DNA of 61,880 nucleotides, filler included, from Squatina squatina (taxonomy: Eukaryota), in NCBI GenBank assembly GCA_031763465.1. It is 4 parts of 3 records of this genome, joined end to end, with 100 filler letters (N's around TTAATTAATTAA, not from the genome) between each part and the next. Parts side by side here need not be neighbours in the genome. Positions count along the whole stretch, not along the records: positions 33,618 to 49,327 come from JARFOE010000004.1; 3 more parts are not named here. One strand, 5' to 3'. Below the pieces are notes generated by a model. The model saw only the letters and a list, made by a program, of their open reading frames with translations, searched no databases and was not told the origin of the DNA. Numbering within the stretch: the stretch's first letter is position 1; every line of letters begins with the position of its first letter. Position numbers and translations under genes: made by a program. This document shows, piece by piece, positions 34,791 through 46,498 of this stretch.

Positions 34791-36165
34791 TTTACTTCTT
34801 TCAATGTCGCTTTCAATTGTCGTTAAAATCGGAACACAAAATAGTTGATGTTAAAGTGGCTGAAATGTGTGGGGACAAGTTGTCAGGTTAGTCCTGAGGT
34901 GATTTTCTTTAAAGCTGAGCTCTGCTTTATTCCGGCATCTCCCACTAAATACAAATCAAGAGCAGTTCCGAGCCACTGATTTCCACTGTCCAATAATTTT
35001 GGCCCGGTCTCTCTCTCTCTCTCGAAGCATGTTACATTTACATAGATTTACATGGGGTCTGATCAATGCAGTGGTGTCCAGAATCGGTTTCGAANNNNNN
35101 NNNNNNNNNNNNNNNNNNNNNNNNNNNNNNNNNNNNNNNNNNNNNNNNNNNNNNNNNNNNNNNNNNNNNNNNNNNNNNNNNNNNNNNNNNNNNNATGAAA
35201 ACAACTAAATTTATTGAAAACTTTTTTTGTAATGAAAGGGATACATGAGGGCTTTGATTTACTGGACTCTCATTTTCAGTAAAGTTCTAGAATATAGTAC
35301 CGGAATCTGCTCTGTTACCACCAGCTACGCGTATCACTTTACTGTTGCTACAGCTGTGTGGCATTAACTGCTGACTGCTTCCAGTTCTATGATCAGTGGA
35401 GTGTGTCAAGCCACACACCCAACCAAGTGCGAGCTCCAGCACACTGAAAAGAACCTGTTTTTCCTTTTGGCTTGATTGAATCTGATGAATTTACGTGCTA
35501 ACTCCAATTATCTGGCTATCACCCGGAGGTGCACAGACTCATTAACCTCTTCTCAGCCTCTTTGTGCCTACTTTATGTCCTTCTCTGGTTTGCACGATGC
35601 CAACAATATTATTGCCTTTTGCAAAATGCAAGAATTCCTTCTTTGTCTCATAAGCTATGCATTGATTGACTTAATGTACAGCAACCTTCTTTTCACATTC
35701 CTTTCTATAAATCTCTTATTTCAGAGATATCAAATATTTCAACCTTAATTATACTCTGGCCTCATGATTCTTGTTGATATTCTATTCTCAGATCCAAACA
35801 CTTTGTGTGGTCCAAAGATCTGCAATAGTGTTTTCTTAAAATGATGAAATCTGAAAAATCAGTGCAAAGTAAAAAGCCAGCTGTGCAGATGAGCATTTGG
35901 GATTCTTAAATATTCAACTTTGGAAGACTCAACTATGGCTCCTTTCCAGTTCCANNNNNNNNNNNNNNNNNNNNNNNNNNNNNNNNNNNNNNNNNNNNNN
36001 NNNNNNNNNNNNNNNNNNNNNNNNNNNNNNNNNNNNNNNNNNNNNNNNNNNNNNATTTAGATTTGGGACATTGTTAGGTTCAATGAACACCAAGCCTTAA
36101 AAAGCTTTGCCGGGAAATGTTGGAGTCTTTCCTAGCCTCCAGTTTCCCCACTTTTGGAGACATTG

Positions 36166-36340
36166 GGGTAGAGCTTGGCTTTGTGTGATCGTATAAAATG
36201 GATGATAGCGAGTTGGCAGCCTGTTTTATATCTCTACTGATTTTTATTTCCAATTTAAATAAAAGTTGGGAGAGATGTAAAACGTGCTGCTGATTCGCTA
36301 TCACTCGTTTTACACAATCGCACAAAGCCGAAATCTACCC
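36166..36340 (+). other. 175-nt ungapped hairpin (84-nt arms, 7-nt loop)
   Basis: Manual alignment of 36166-36249 with the reverse complement of 36257-36340: 65 Watson-Crick pairs, 12 G-U, 7 mismatches, no indels. Confidence 0.9.
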
Positions 36341-38198
36341 TTTTTTTCTTCATAAACAAATATTTGCTCAAACATATTGGCCTGAACAGGATATTTGCAC
36401 TTATCTTTACCACCAACTGGGACAAGAAATGTCCTGATATCTGAAAAGTGAATTTAAATATTTTAGTGAGTCAGTCTGTCTAGCCAGAGAGCTGAGCAAA
36501 TTTCTGCCAGCGCTTGTTCGCTGAGAAGAAGGCTCCCATGAACCAAATGTTGTTACCATATATGGAACATGCTGTATGTAGCAGCAGTCCACAGGTTAAT
36601 AGTACAGTCTGACAAAGTTTTGACACTTTTTACTCCTAATGCATTTCACGGTATGTCAAGATTAAATATGTTTTTTTTAAACTGAGTGTAATTTGATTGG
36701 AGTTTGTCAATAATGTAGCCATTTATAAAAGTGTGCGTGTGCCAGCTCTTGACCTGCAGCAATCTAGTCGAATCTACAGTTCAATCAAGAAATTTATTGA
36801 GCAAGCAATTTGCCCATTGACCAGAATGGGAAAACTCGAAAATGGGTGTGCTACGAAAATCTCAGATGACACAGTACATTGTGAATTATCCTTAGCATAA
36901 CAACCTCAGGTAATGTTTCTTTTGCTAATAAGGAATTCTGAAGTCTGAACTACACAGACACCAAAAGTTCTAACTGAAGGATTTGCTGTCACACAGAGGC
37001 ATCTTAATTGCTGAAAGAACCTCAATGAGTCCACACTCAGAGATAATATCTTGTCTCGGTTTTCACATTTTATGTTATTGATCTCTTCTTGGACATCCGA
37101 AACGCATCTTTACCCATCACACAACAGGAGTTGTTTTGAAGGACTGTCTGTATAAACTGCAACGATGGTTTTGAAAGGACACTGTATCTCCCTGAGCTAT
37201 CGTCCCGAATTTGAATTATAAATAGAGGNNNNNNNNNNNNNNNNNNNNNNNNNNNNNNNNNNNNNNNNNNNNNNNNNNNNNNNNNNNNNNNNNNNNNNNN
37301 NNNNNNNNNNNNNNNNNNNNNNNNNNNNTCCCAATAGAATTTTTTTAAAATTAGAACACTCCAGTGGACTCTTCAACATTATTTTTGAACCATATTAAAT
37401 TTAATGAAAATTTTAATTAATTTTAATTAGGACTATTATCAGCACAAAGGATACTTCAGTGCTGCCCATCAATGACGTCTATCTCTCTCTCTCTATCTCT
37501 CTTTCTCTCCCCTCCAGTGATCAATGGCCACCACCTTACAATTATTTAAAGGAATGGTATTGCATTAAATGGGCATTGTCTTATTTTTTTTTCAAAGTGT
37601 TTGGAAAATTTATTTTCCCTTGCAAAGAATGAGGAGCCAGAAGAATTGTGAATGATGGTGTCAGCTGCAAATAGCCTGATGACAGGGTTTGTCATGATTT
37701 ATGATGTAACGTTGTGGAGTATTCATTTCCTCTGGGAAACACATTCAGGCAAAATTTCTATGTGCTCCATTTTAATGTGGTTATCTACTCACTTAAACAA
37801 GATGGGTTAATAACTGCATTGAAATGGTGTAAAATGGAAACTGCAGTGCTCTTCCCAGGAAATCAAACTCTGATGTATTTCGATTAAATGAGAAACATTT
37901 TGGCCAGACACTGTTTACAGGACGACTGTTCCCTTTAAATTCACAGGACAGGCACTGTCTTTGAAACAGTTTTTTTTTGGTGGATGCTTTAAATCCCAAA
38001 AGTGATAGAAAACAAAGCAAGTAAAACACATCTCAAAAATCATTTTTAAAAATGTTTTTGCATCTGTGCTGTGACTTTAGGAAAACTTTTGAAACAGANN
38101 NNNNNNNNNNNNNNNNNNNNNNNNNNNNNNNNNNNNNNNNNNNNNNNNNNNNNNNNNNNNNNNNNNNNNNNNNNNNNNNNNNNNNNNNNNNNNNNNNN

Positions 38199-38455
38199 TG
38201 TGCATGTTTTCCCTTCAAGTATTTATCCATTGCCTTTTGAATTATTATTGAATAGGCTTTCACCACCCTTTCAGGCAGAGCGTTCCAGATCACAACAACT
38301 CGCTGTGTAAAAAAAAAAGTTTCCTGATGTCGCCTCTCGTTCTTTTACCAATCACCTTAAATCTGTGTCCTCTGGTTACTGATCCTGCTGCCACTGTAAA
38401 TTGTTTCTCCTTATTTATTATCAAAACCATTCATGATTCTGAACACCTCTATAAT
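38199..38455 (-). mobile_element. CR1 3' fragment
   Basis: FFTQRVVVIWNALPERVVKA on the minus strand. Confidence 0.75.
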
Positions 38456-40087
38456 ATGAAAACATTGGCCCATATTTTCTGGGGCCTCCGTAAGGGCCCT
38501 CCAAGTTCTGGGTTTCTGTGCACGAAGCGCATGCCCGAAAACTCGGAACTTGCGATCTGCAGCCATTCCCGGGAAAAGGGCATTCACGGGCAGAGAGTTG
38601 GGCTTTTTGTCCAACTACTGCCCAGCAATTGTCCGTGAAATTCTTACGCCTGGTAAAAGCAGACATAAGGCCTGGTTTTACCATTGTAAGAGTTTAAATG
38701 AATATAAAAATAATTTTCTTNNNNNNNNNNNNNNNNNNNNNNNNNNNNNNNNNNNNNNNNNNNNNNNNNNNNNNNNNNNNNNNNNNNNNNNNNNNNNNNN
38801 NNNNNNNNNNNNNNNNNNNNATATAATAGCAGAGTTATCCAGTAGATTTCACAATTTCAAGCTCCTGGCATAGTGCCTCACATGAGAAGCAACAGCAAGG
38901 AATCAGGCACAGAGGTCAGAGGGTCCCCAGTAGATTTTGTTGGAGACTGTAGAAGGTTTTCACTAAAGTGCAGCAGAATCATTGCCAATGAGTAAATTTA
39001 GAAAGTGAAAAGTGAAAGAAAGTGAAGAGGATAACAGATTGTTGGAGAACACCAAAGCAGTCCCAGCTTTAACAAAGACATTTGCGTTGTGGTGGCATTA
39101 CTGAAGAGGTGAGAGGTCACCTTTATGTTCAAAAGCTTTGAAGGTTCTTGAATGCACCTACAGCTGCCTTAAAATCCACAGATTCCTTTACAGCAGCAGC
39201 TGAGCCCCTAAATTAGTATTTTCACTTCGGTTTCATTGACATTTCAGTAAAAGCTGAGCCATACAAGGGAGGGAGACGTGCTGAAAGTACTGAAAACAGA
39301 AAAGCAGATGTCAGTCGAAAAGAGAAAAAGTATTTCCAAAGTTGTCAATTTTTTCCATTCAGTTAATGTGCAGAGTTCAGAGAATTTTCTTCATGATTGG
39401 GCTGTCTGCATTCAGCCGTTTTGCCTTCTTGATAGTCTGTTAAATAGCTCTGAGGTGGCATGTAGCTTTTTCAATGATGGATACTTACATCCATTTCATT
39501 ATTTGTTACATATTTCCTTGACAGATTCGAGTAAGAGAAATCAATCAGCCACATCAGTTTGATTGAAGCTCCTGTTTACCTAGGCAACCACAATAGATTT
39601 TTTGAAGTGGAGCATGGCAGAACTCACATGGGTCACTGAGGGCCGGACAGGGCTCACATCTTCAGTCTAGGAGCTGTACCTTTCCAAGGCTCTGTGAAAA
39701 CAAGCTGAAAGGCGAGCTTCTCAGAGGTGCCAAATGCTGACGATAAACAAAGTGTGGAGAGGGAGCAGAGGTCAGAAATATTTTCCAAGTCACATCTTCA
39801 CCCAAAGGACAAATGGTGACAGTTTCTGCCTAAATGCTGACTTGGGCACTGGGGAGGTGTGAAAGTATTTGCCACTTTGGAGGCTGTGACATCAAGTGAT
39901 GAGTGTGAGCCCCTCCCTCCCCATCACAGCAGAATCTCAGCATTTCTGTGTGATTGTTTAACTCACCCAAAGCTGTTTTACTTCTCAGCGGTAAATGCAT
40001 ACGCACAGATTTATGACTATTCTGATCCTGTTGTTACATTATAATGTGGAATGGAGATCATTTCAATATTTTTAGTAGGCTCCTCAG

Positions 40088-40235
40088 CAATGTTCCCCCT
40101 AAGTTGCATGGGTGCGGGGCCGCTCATCAATTGGGCGGTCCCGTGTCGCCCGCTCAAAAGCTGTAGCCACTGGAAGATGCCGTACAGCAAATTTAAAGGG
40201 ACCGCGCACACACAAAAACATTAGAGGGAACATTG
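40088..40235. mobile_element. hAT-type MITE (148 bp)
   Basis: TIRs caatgttccccctaa / ttagagggaacattg; 8-bp TSD ctcctcag / ctccccag. Confidence 0.8.
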
Positions 40236-40654
40236 CTCCCCAGCCTTTGCCTGGAAGTCCACCAGGACTGGGGAGACCAAGCGCAGCACAGTATGAGGGG
40301 CCTCCGAGCTGTCAGTCAAACTGCAAGAGGAAAATGTACATTTTAAAATTTGGCAAAAGGGCCTGTGCAATCGATTGCTCCATGATTACAAACATCCATG
40401 CCATGCATCCAGTCTTGCTATTGATTTGGTCTACTCTACTCAAAGTATTAATGAAAGAAGCACCCACAAGATAAAAGTTACATTACATGGAATAACAGCT
40501 CCATAAACAGGAAGATCTGCACATAGGGACAGACCAAGCAACATTTCAACGTGTACATGAAATGGAAATTGCGATAAAGGCATTGGATAATGAAGTTGAT
40601 TAAAAGCAAGTGTTCAGTCTCATAACATTTCTTATAAAACTTTTTATAATATGG

Positions 40655-41098
40655 GTATTAGCCATATCTCAGTCAGTAACACTCTTACCCCAGAACAGAT
40701 GGTCATGGATTCAAACCCCACTCCAGAGACTTGAGCGTGTAGTCTAGGCTGACACTCCCAGTGCCATTACTGAAGGAGTGCTGCACTGTCAGAGGTGCCA
40801 GCTTTCGGGTGAGATGTTAAATCAACCTTTCAGGTGGACGTAAAAATTCCCATGACACTATTGTGAAGAATAGCAGGGGAGTTCTCCCTGGTGTCCTGGC
40901 CAATATTTATCCCTCATCCAACACCTAAAAATAGAATATCTGGTCATTTCCACATTTCTGTTTGTGGGAGCTTGCTGTGGCTGCCGCATTTCTCTACATA
41001 ACTGCAGTGAATACACTTCAAAAAAACTGCTTCACTGGCTGTAAAGCACTTTGGAACATCCTGAGGTTGTGAAAGGTACAAATGCAAGTCTTTCTTTA
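40655..41098 (+). mobile_element. Near full-length SacSINE1-like DeuSINE
   Basis: tRNA-like head (ggattcaaacccc), Deu-domain-like ggagttctccctggtgtcctggccaatatttatccctca, L2-type tail ending aaatgcaagtctttcttt. Partial copies at ~22910-23020, 42050-42170, 46599-46740 and 57150-57217. Confidence 0.8.
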
Positions 41099-41293
41099 AT
41101 ATAATGAAATGTAATTTTTGTGCATTCTGATATTCAATAATTTGAAAATGTACAGCTCTCTTAATTATGGTCTGGCCAAAAATTCAGAAATGCAAGTAAT
41201 ACACCTTCGCAAGAAATGAATCAAACTCACAGAAAGTCAAAATCAAACTGCCCCTGTTGCCTTTTGTTTTCTTACTTCCCTCCGAGTAACTAG

Positions 41294-41635
41294 TAGGGTT
41301 GCGAACCCTCCAGGATTGTCCTGGCATCTCCAGGTCTTCCAGCAACCCGGGAGAAAAATTACTGGGGCATTAAAAAAAGCGATGTGTTTTTTGTTTCCTT
41401 CATTAGTTATAAAAGTATTAGAGATGAGGAACAAAGGTTGTTTAACTGACAGTCAAGAATCATTCAATTGGTTAGGCGAGTCTGTTCTTTTACTTATTGG
41501 GGTGGGAAGACGATGTGCCGTGAGAATGATCTTGTCGAGCGAACAATGGCAAGAGCAAGGGTCATGGAGCTGGGAGGTGGAAGGTTTATGTGATGATACC
41601 TCCATGGGTACGCCCAACCAATGTTAGCTACCCTA
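41294..41635. mobile_element. Non-autonomous DNA transposon (hAT-like)
   Basis: Imperfect TIRs tagggttgcgaac / gttagctacccta; TSD not recognisable. Confidence 0.55.
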
Positions 41636-41659
41636 ATCGCTAAGACGCGATATCATTCC

Positions 41660-41990
41660 AGCTGTCTTCAGAATAGAGGACAATCCATTGAAGACAGTTG
41701 AATCAGTGACGCCATTCACTTACGTAGGCAACATGATTTCCTCCAATGGGGACTCTTTTCCTAACTGCTATAAGCTCATTGCACTTGTGAGCTCCGCAAT
41801 GAACTCTCTATCCCATATAAAGAGATCGAAGATAAGTCGCGATCTCAAAGTACTATAACACATTAGTAATATCTATATTTAAACATAGCTTAGCACCCAG
41901 GTAATGAATGTGTGAATCGATGGATTTGGTTCTAGATCGCTTCACACACCTCTAAAGGTTAGGCCTCAGGGCAAACTCTTAAATCAACTG
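41660..41990 (+). mobile_element. Ancient RTE-like LINE fragment
   Basis: VESVTPFTYVGNMISSNGD resembles the F.YLG..I...G motif downstream of RT. Confidence 0.5.
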
Positions 41991-42684
41991 TTTGTAATCT
42001 GACTAATCAACTACCGCTGTTCTGGTTGGTTGATCAAAAGAGAAATGAAGAAAGAGCTGCATTTATCTAGCAAATTTCATGACCTCTGGACATCCTTTAC
42101 AGTGATGAAGTGCTTTTGAAGTGTAGTCACTGTTGTAGTGTAGGACATGCAGTGGCCAATTTGCGCGGCAANNNNNNNNNNCTCCGGAGGAAGGACCATG
42201 GGGGGGGAACTTGGGGGGGGGGAAGTGGAGAATGGAGAATTTGAAGGACCTGTTCAAGCTGATGGCTCATGCCAATTTTATCACCTTCATTATTCTCATT
42301 CTAGGAGTGTTGCTTTATAAGTTTGTTACTGAAGCACCTCCCAAGGGCTTCATGCTGGTGCTATCAGGTCAGCTGCCAGACAGATTAATGCGCATAGTGA
42401 CCTACGGCCCCAGAAGCAGGGGCTTGGTCGAGGCTGTCAGAGATCAAACAGCTGTGTCTTTGGACAGCTGCACACCCACATCCTAACATCTACTTTCTGT
42501 GTAGGTGCCAGACAGTGTGCAGGAACAGGCAGCCACTGCAGCAGAGAATATGGCCATCTAAGATCCAACTCCAAGGAGATGGAGGGCCAGTTTAACAGGC
42601 TCAATATGCAGCCACCTCACTAACCTCAGCTCCTGGTGGAGCATCTAGAAGGAGCAGTGGATCAGGTTCTAGGGAATTTAAATT

Positions 42685-43025
42685 TCTCTGGATGTGGGTA
42701 TTGCTGACAGGGTGGGCATTTATTGTTCATTCCTCCTAGTTACCCTGAGAAGCAGATGCAGTTTGATACAGCTGTGTCCCTTGATAGGCAACTTCAGAGG
42801 GCAGCCAATCAGTTAGAGTCGCATATAGACCAGCCAGGGTAAGGATAGCAGGTTTCTTTCCCTAAAGGACATTAGTGAACCAGTTGAGTTTTGACAACAA
42901 TCTGACAGCTTCATGGTCACTTTTATTGTCGGCAGATTTTTATTTCCAGATTTTAAAAAAAGACTGAATTCAAATTCTCAAACTGCCAAGGTGGAATTTG
43001 AACCAACATTGTCCTGTGACAACCA
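42685..43025 (-). mobile_element. tRNA-derived SINE (internally deleted)
   Basis: B-box ggttcaaattccacc on the minus strand; tail similar to 25880-25926 (ggatgtggg..gctg...gcatttattg). Confidence 0.6.
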
Positions 43026-44168
43026 TTACATTAGCATAAACTACAATGATATAAATCATACATTTCACCATCACAATTGGCGACAAACGGCAGCTGACTT
43101 TACCCCTTTGTGCCTTATTTCTGAAACTGGAACTGGAATNNNNNNNNNNNNNNNNNNNNNNNNNNNNNNNNNNNNNNNNNNNNNNNNNNNNNNNNNNNNN
43201 NNNNNNNNNNNNNNNNNNNNNNNNNNNNNNNNNNNNNNNTATCCCCATAAGCTGCTTTTGCTGGAGGTAGATTTGTACTATTTTATGGGATTGTTATATA
43301 CCCCACGTATAGCATAATTTATTGAAACAAAAATGCTAAATGCTTCTATATTTTTAATCATTTGTTTACCTAAAGAAGTCAGTTTCCATGGGCAATCAAA
43401 ACATCTTCCAAAAATGCTGCTAAGTATTTTTACTTTAGTAAAAAGAATACTATTCTCTCAGATGGGCCAGTCATGCCATTTGTTGTGCTGAGCATAAGGA
43501 GCTCTTTTGCATCTAGCAGCCGGGGAAAGCCAATAAATGAGTCACTTACTTGTGCACAGCTTGGTGAAGCCATTTTTAACACTCTCCTGCCAACTCTGCT
43601 GTTGACAGCTCAACATGTGGCAACAGATTGTGATTCTTGGAAAATTATTTCCTTTTAAATTTCACAAGATTGGTAAGATCTAGTCTCCTGCATGATTGCT
43701 TTTTTATCCTTATTTGACTAAATCACTTCTTTTAACTGCTTGAGAGGTGTTTCAGCAAATACTTACACCACTCAATCTCACAGCAATGGACCAACACTCA
43801 CCTAGCTCAGTCATCCACAGTGCCCACAATCTCCGTTACTCATACAGACCCAAAGTCTCTACAGTCACTTCCTCCACACACTGTGTGAAACAAAATGCAA
43901 AATGCAGTTAGAAAGAATGGGTTTTAAAGAAGGTTTTGATAATTTGGCATGGATACCATCTCTCCTGCTGTGGGGCATGGGTGGATTTTAACCCTACCTA
44001 CCTGGGCCGTTGGGCAGTTGAAATGCCTGGGTTATTTACCTGTTGCACAAGCCGCCTAGATCGCGCCGTTTCCAATTTTAAGTGAGATTTCTGGACAGGC
44101 GGCTAAGCCACCCTCCGAAAGCCGGCAGGGCCCTAATTCACATATGCTAATCAAGTCTGATGACATCG

Positions 44169-44510
44169 ACATAGGAACAGGAGTAGACCATTCAGCCCAT
44201 CGAGCCAGTTCCACCATTCAATGAGATCATGGCTGATCTGTGACCTAACTCCATTTTGGCCCATATCCCTGAATACCACTGGTTAACAAAAATCTATCAA
44301 TCTTAGATTTAAAATTAACAATTGACCGTGCATCAATTGCCATTTGTGGAGAGAGTTCCAAACTTCTACCACTCTGTGTGTGTAGAAGTGTTTCCTAATT
44401 TCACTCTTGAAAGGCCTGGCTCTAATTTTTAGACGATCCTAGAATCCCCAACCAGCGGAAATAGTTTCTCTCTATCTACCCTATCTGTTCCCCTTAATAT
44501 CTTTAAAACT
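44169..44510 (-). mobile_element. CR1 3' fragment
   Basis: KILRGTDRVDREKLFPLVGDSR plus the CR1 3'UTR reversed. Confidence 0.8.
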
Positions 44511-46100
44511 NNNNNNNNNNNNNNNNNNNNNNNNNNNNNNNNNNNNNNNNNNNNNNNNNNNNNNNNNNNNNNNNNNNNNNNNNNNNNNNNNNNNNNNNNN
44601 NNNNNNNNNNCCGACTCTCCTGCTGGTGGAAACGGCCTGTCCGCTGTAACTTCAGCAAAAAACCCTCGAGAAATTTTCCCAGGATTTCTGCTGAAGTTAC
44701 TGTGGGCGAGCGGGAGAACCCCTACCCTATACAAGTCATACCACCTAATCCTAAAAGAGCGACCCCAACTGCACCAATGTGGCATTACCCCTTCATGCGC
44801 CGGTCATCCTTGAGGCCTCGCTGAGTGGCACTGACATTAGCGCTGCTATGCATCAACCTCGACCAAACTATTTCAGCAGCCACAGGAAAACTGTCAGATC
44901 AGAGTGGGTGAATGGCATCAGTGCATTAAACAAACAATGGCCTGGATTTTACAGGGCCTATGATGGCTTACGCACCGTCCTAAGTGCCGTGAATGGCCCT
45001 GCAAGTTCCAGGTTTCCGCACATGATGCGTATGCACAAAAACCCGGAACTTGAGATCTGTCAAATTTCAGCTTGCAGGCCCAGGATGCAAGAGTCTGAAG
45101 GTACGGAAGCACCAGGTAGTTGCGTACTTTTCTAGCGGCTCAGAGGCATTCGTATGTGGAAGCCTCCGACCGCAATATCCAGCCCATTGAAATCCCAGTC
45201 AAGGAGACAGCTAAACTAACTTCTCTGCAAAAAGAGAAAATCCTGAAAAAAAAATGAGCCTGTCAAAATTTCCCTCTGCCTTGCATATTCTGCATACGGA
45301 CTCCACACATCTGTCGTAAACATGGCTCCCTAACGCTTTGACACCCAGAGANNNNNNNNNNCATCTTTGAGCCAGGGCCTGACACTTTCTGGCACATGTG
45401 CAATTATTTAATTCGGTGGCAGGAGGTGGAGACGCTTTGACACCCAGAGAGACAGTTCAGCTGCTGGTGGCTGTACAATCTGATTTCTTGTTAGTGTAAG
45501 CCATGTGTTGTTGTGTTTGGTACATAACGCCTGACACGGGGTATCCCACCGGCTGATAAACTATGTGTTGAGGCAGCAGGTCAGCAAGGCAGCCTGTCAC
45601 TGTGTGAAGCCAAAAGGGAGTCGAGGGACAAAACAAATGTGATTGTGGTGAAGAGGCTGAGTGATGAGAGACTCCTTGCTGCTCTATGTGATACTTTCAG
45701 CAGAATCCAGTCCCTTACAGTGCTGTCTACAGACGACTGAATGACTTTCTCTTTGTAGACAGAATCAATAAGCTGAAGAGACAAAGCATTATTTAAAAAG
45801 TGGTACAAGATGTCAAACATGCAGAACGAAACAGACAATACAGTCATAACATACACAGTGCTCAAAGCTAGGGAGGTAATTTGATTATTCAGATTGTTTG
45901 TATAAAGTAGCGCTGAATTCTCCAGCTTGAACGCCTTGGCAGTATGGAAAAATGAATGTAATCCTGTTCCCCCTTCATGTCAGTCAGAGGCTGCGAGAGG
46001 CCTGGGAAACCTTCACACACTCTCACAGCGGCAGCGAGAGAGATCCACGTCTGACATCACAGCTCAGAAAGTGACGCGCTGCAAGGGGAAGCATCTGATT

Positions 46101-46498
46101 GGGCAGGAGCCCACACCAGAGCAGGAGTGCACACTGGAGCAGGAGTCCTCCCAGGGCAGGAGTCCACACCAGGGCAGGAGCCTACACCGGAGCAGGAGCC
46201 CACACCGGAGCAGGAGCCCACACCGGAGCAGGAACCCACATCAGAGCAGGAGTCCACAACGGAGCAGGAGTCCACACCGGAGCAGGAGCCCACACCGGAG
46301 CAGGAGCCCACAACGGAGCAGGAGTCCACACCGGAGCAGGAGCCCACACCGGAGCAGGAGTCCTCCCAGGGCAGGAGTCCACACCGGAGCAGGAGCCCAC
46401 ACCGGAGCAGGAGTCCACACCGGGGCAGGAGCCCACACCGGAGCAGGAGCCCACACCGGAGCAGGAACCCACATCAGAGCAGAAGTCCACACCGGAGC
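46101..46498. repeat. 18-bp minisatellite
   Basis: gagcaggag(c/t)ccacaccg ~22 copies with recurring variants; runs into a gap. Confidence 0.92.

Noticed and set aside
45333-45450. 19-bp direct repeat acgctttgacacccagaga
   Set aside because: One copy abuts a 10-N gap; likely a scaffolding overlap artefact.
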